Of a stretch of 25,326 nucleotides of DNA, positions 24,184 to 25,326 are shown piece after piece; position 1 is the first letter of the stretch, and every line of letters begins with the position of its first letter. The notes under the pieces are model-generated. The model worked only from the letters and a program-made list of their open reading frames with translations, made no database searches and had not been told where the DNA came from. The position numbers and the translations under genes were made by a program. The stretch is from Candidatus Woesearchaeota archaeon. Lineage in GTDB: Archaea; Nanobdellota; Nanobdellia; SCGC-AAA011-G17; GW2011-AR17. Location: the NCBI GenBank assembly GCA_964522895.1, contig CAZFZD010000002.1, positions 1-25,326 on the forward strand. The letters run 5' to 3'.

Positions 24184-24519
24184 ATGTACCACCCAGGAAA
24201 AGTTCTAGGAATATTCAGAAGCAAGGAAAAGGACGTAAAGTCTTCAGACGAAAGTACTCAAGCATTGATTGAAATGTGGGACGAGAACATATTCACATTA
24301 TTAGTTGATCCAAAGATAGCTAAGAGCTTAAAAGAAAAAGATGTTGTGCTGGTAGATTACAGCCCGATTTCTGAAAAAATGCCCGTAGCAAAACAGACTG
24401 TGAAGAAAATAGTTTATAAGAAAAAGGCAAAGAAGCTATGGGATGATTATAAAGAATATGCAAGAAAAAAGAAAAAAGAGAGTGCTACTAAAGCGCCCAT
24501 AAGAAGTTATATGGGTTAG
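24184..24519 (+). CDS. hypothetical Lys-rich protein (111 aa)
   Basis: This is an ORF with promoter support. I recognised no family. The C-terminal tail is basic (KKKAKKLWDDYKEYARKKKKE). Confidence 0.4.
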   Translation: MYHPGKVLGIFRSKEKDVKSSDESTQALIEMWDENIFTLLVDPKIAKSLKEKDVVLVDYSPISEKMPVAKQTVKKIVYKKKAKKLWDDYKEYARKKKKESATKAPIRSYMG

Positions 24520-24743
24520 CCTTCAATACACTTTTGGCCATCCCAGCATTCGTCTGGACCGCAGTCGCAGCTTTCTGTCAATACTTGCGCACACATATCT
24601 CCTGCGTTGCAGAAGTCAGCGCATGCATCTGGGAATGTTTTCCATTCTCCGCCCTGTTCTTCACAAGATCCCTGCTCAGTCATAGTTCCTGAGCATCCTG
24701 CAATTAAGAGCAAGGCAGCCAATAATATTATTATGCGTTTCAT
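24516..24743 (-). CDS. small Cys-rich secreted lipoprotein
   Basis: I prefer the start at ATG 24743 (MKRIIILLAALLLIAGC|SG, a lipobox), with TTTAAAA 23 nt upstream (24766..24772). The mature ~59 aa contain 9 Cys, including the lipobox Cys. Confidence 0.45.
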   Translation of the reverse strand: MKRIIILLAALLLIAGCSGTMTEQGSCEEQGGEWKTFPDACADFCNAGDMCAQVLTESCDCGPDECWDGQKCIEG

Positions 24744-24819
24744 GTGTTGATTTAATCTTTCTCTGTTTAAAAGGATTGTCATAGCTTTTATTTAAGTTGA
24801 AGTATCCTAATTCTAAAAA

Positions 24820-25326
24820 TCATTCTAGCAGTAATCCGTTATATTTTATAATCTTTTCAAAAATCTTTTCATTCTTGAGACTATTATTTATCAAGGAAAG
24901 ATAATCTGAATTAAGAGAATTTGCTAGGTCTTCCGGTGTTTTAAAAACTATATTTGCTGCTGGCATCCATTTATAGCCGTGCATATATTCAAAACCTTCT
25001 TCAATAATCTGGAACCTTGACCAATAACCATATCCGCTTTTATGCCCAAGTCGGTGTCCATGTGATTGGGATGCAAAAACCTCTAGCTTTCCAGGGCATA
25101 GCTTGAACATTTGCTTGCCTTCAAAAGTTTTTAAAAACTCGTCGCGCCAAGAGAATATATCTTGTGAGATGTATAATTTTGAATCTGCCTTTAAATTTTC
25201 CTGTTGCTGCTTTTTAATTTTAATTCTTTCAGATTCCTCTTTATCTCTTTGCATCTCTTTTTTTCTTTTTGCATCTTTCAATGCTAAATCACGGACCAAT
25301 TCTTTTATCTCTTTAGGGATTTTCAT
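24820..25326 (-). CDS. hypothetical protein; its first codon is at the window edge, so the true start may lie outside the window
   Basis: 168-codon ORF. It has a charged, coiled-coil-like N-terminus (KRKKEMQRDKEESERIKIKKQQQENLK), then SQSHGHRLGHKSGYGYWSRF. I recognised no family. Confidence 0.4.
   Translation of the reverse strand: MKIPKEIKELVRDLALKDAKRKKEMQRDKEESERIKIKKQQQENLKADSKLYISQDIFSWRDEFLKTFEGKQMFKLCPGKLEVFASQSHGHRLGHKSGYGYWSRFQIIEEGFEYMHGYKWMPAANIVFKTPEDLANSLNSDYLSLINNSLKNEKIFEKIIKYNGLLLE

Noticed and set aside
1-25326. CRISPR arrays, IS elements or transposases, integrases, rRNA genes, C/D-box sRNAs, tRNA introns, inteins
   Set aside because: I saw no regularly spaced direct repeats, no transposase or integrase-like ORFs, and no inverted terminal repeats. 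The intergenic regions are too short (mostly under 110 nt) and lack RUGAUGA...CUGA box pairs. The tRNA folds without an intron. ValRS and the other large proteins show no intein-like insertions. A by-eye scan cannot exclude short or degenerate elements.

Overview
This is an AT-rich, very densely packed archaeal chromosome segment with almost no non-coding DNA. Five convergent gene pairs overlap at their stop codons. The archaeal origin rests on aRF1 (GGQ), ribosomal proteins S8e and L37e, an Sm-like protein, and TATA boxes 22-27 nt upstream of the start codons of operon-leading genes. A small-genome, DPANN-like host is an inference from the compaction and gene content.

Housekeeping genes: valS, aRF1, scpB, rps8e, a NifS/IscS cysteine desulfurase, Sm-like protein, rpl37e, tRNA-Leu(UAG), a DHH phosphoesterase, endonuclease III and a NOL1/NOP2/Sun m5C RNA methyltransferase.

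Accessory content:
1. A candidate RiPP or peptide-derived-cofactor operon at 15172-17846. Two radical SAM/SPASM enzymes flank a 21-codon Cys/aromatic-rich ORF that is absent from the ORF track. That ORF has a perfect Shine-Dalgarno site and is followed by a hairpin plus T-tract.
2. An envelope glycosylation block at 4576-12188. It holds two tandem STT3/AglB-like GT-C paralogs with degenerate WWDYG motifs, a processive QxxRW GT2 synthase, a membrane-anchored CxxC thioredoxin-like protein, an ArnT/PMT-like GT-C and a lipoprotein.
3. A secreted protein next to the tRNA with the hallmarks of a bacterial outer-membrane beta-barrel, including a C-terminal GxxYxF signal, followed by a C-terminally anchored beta-sandwich surface protein.

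I saw no CRISPR array, transposase or rRNA. All functional calls come from motif recognition by eye; no database search was possible.
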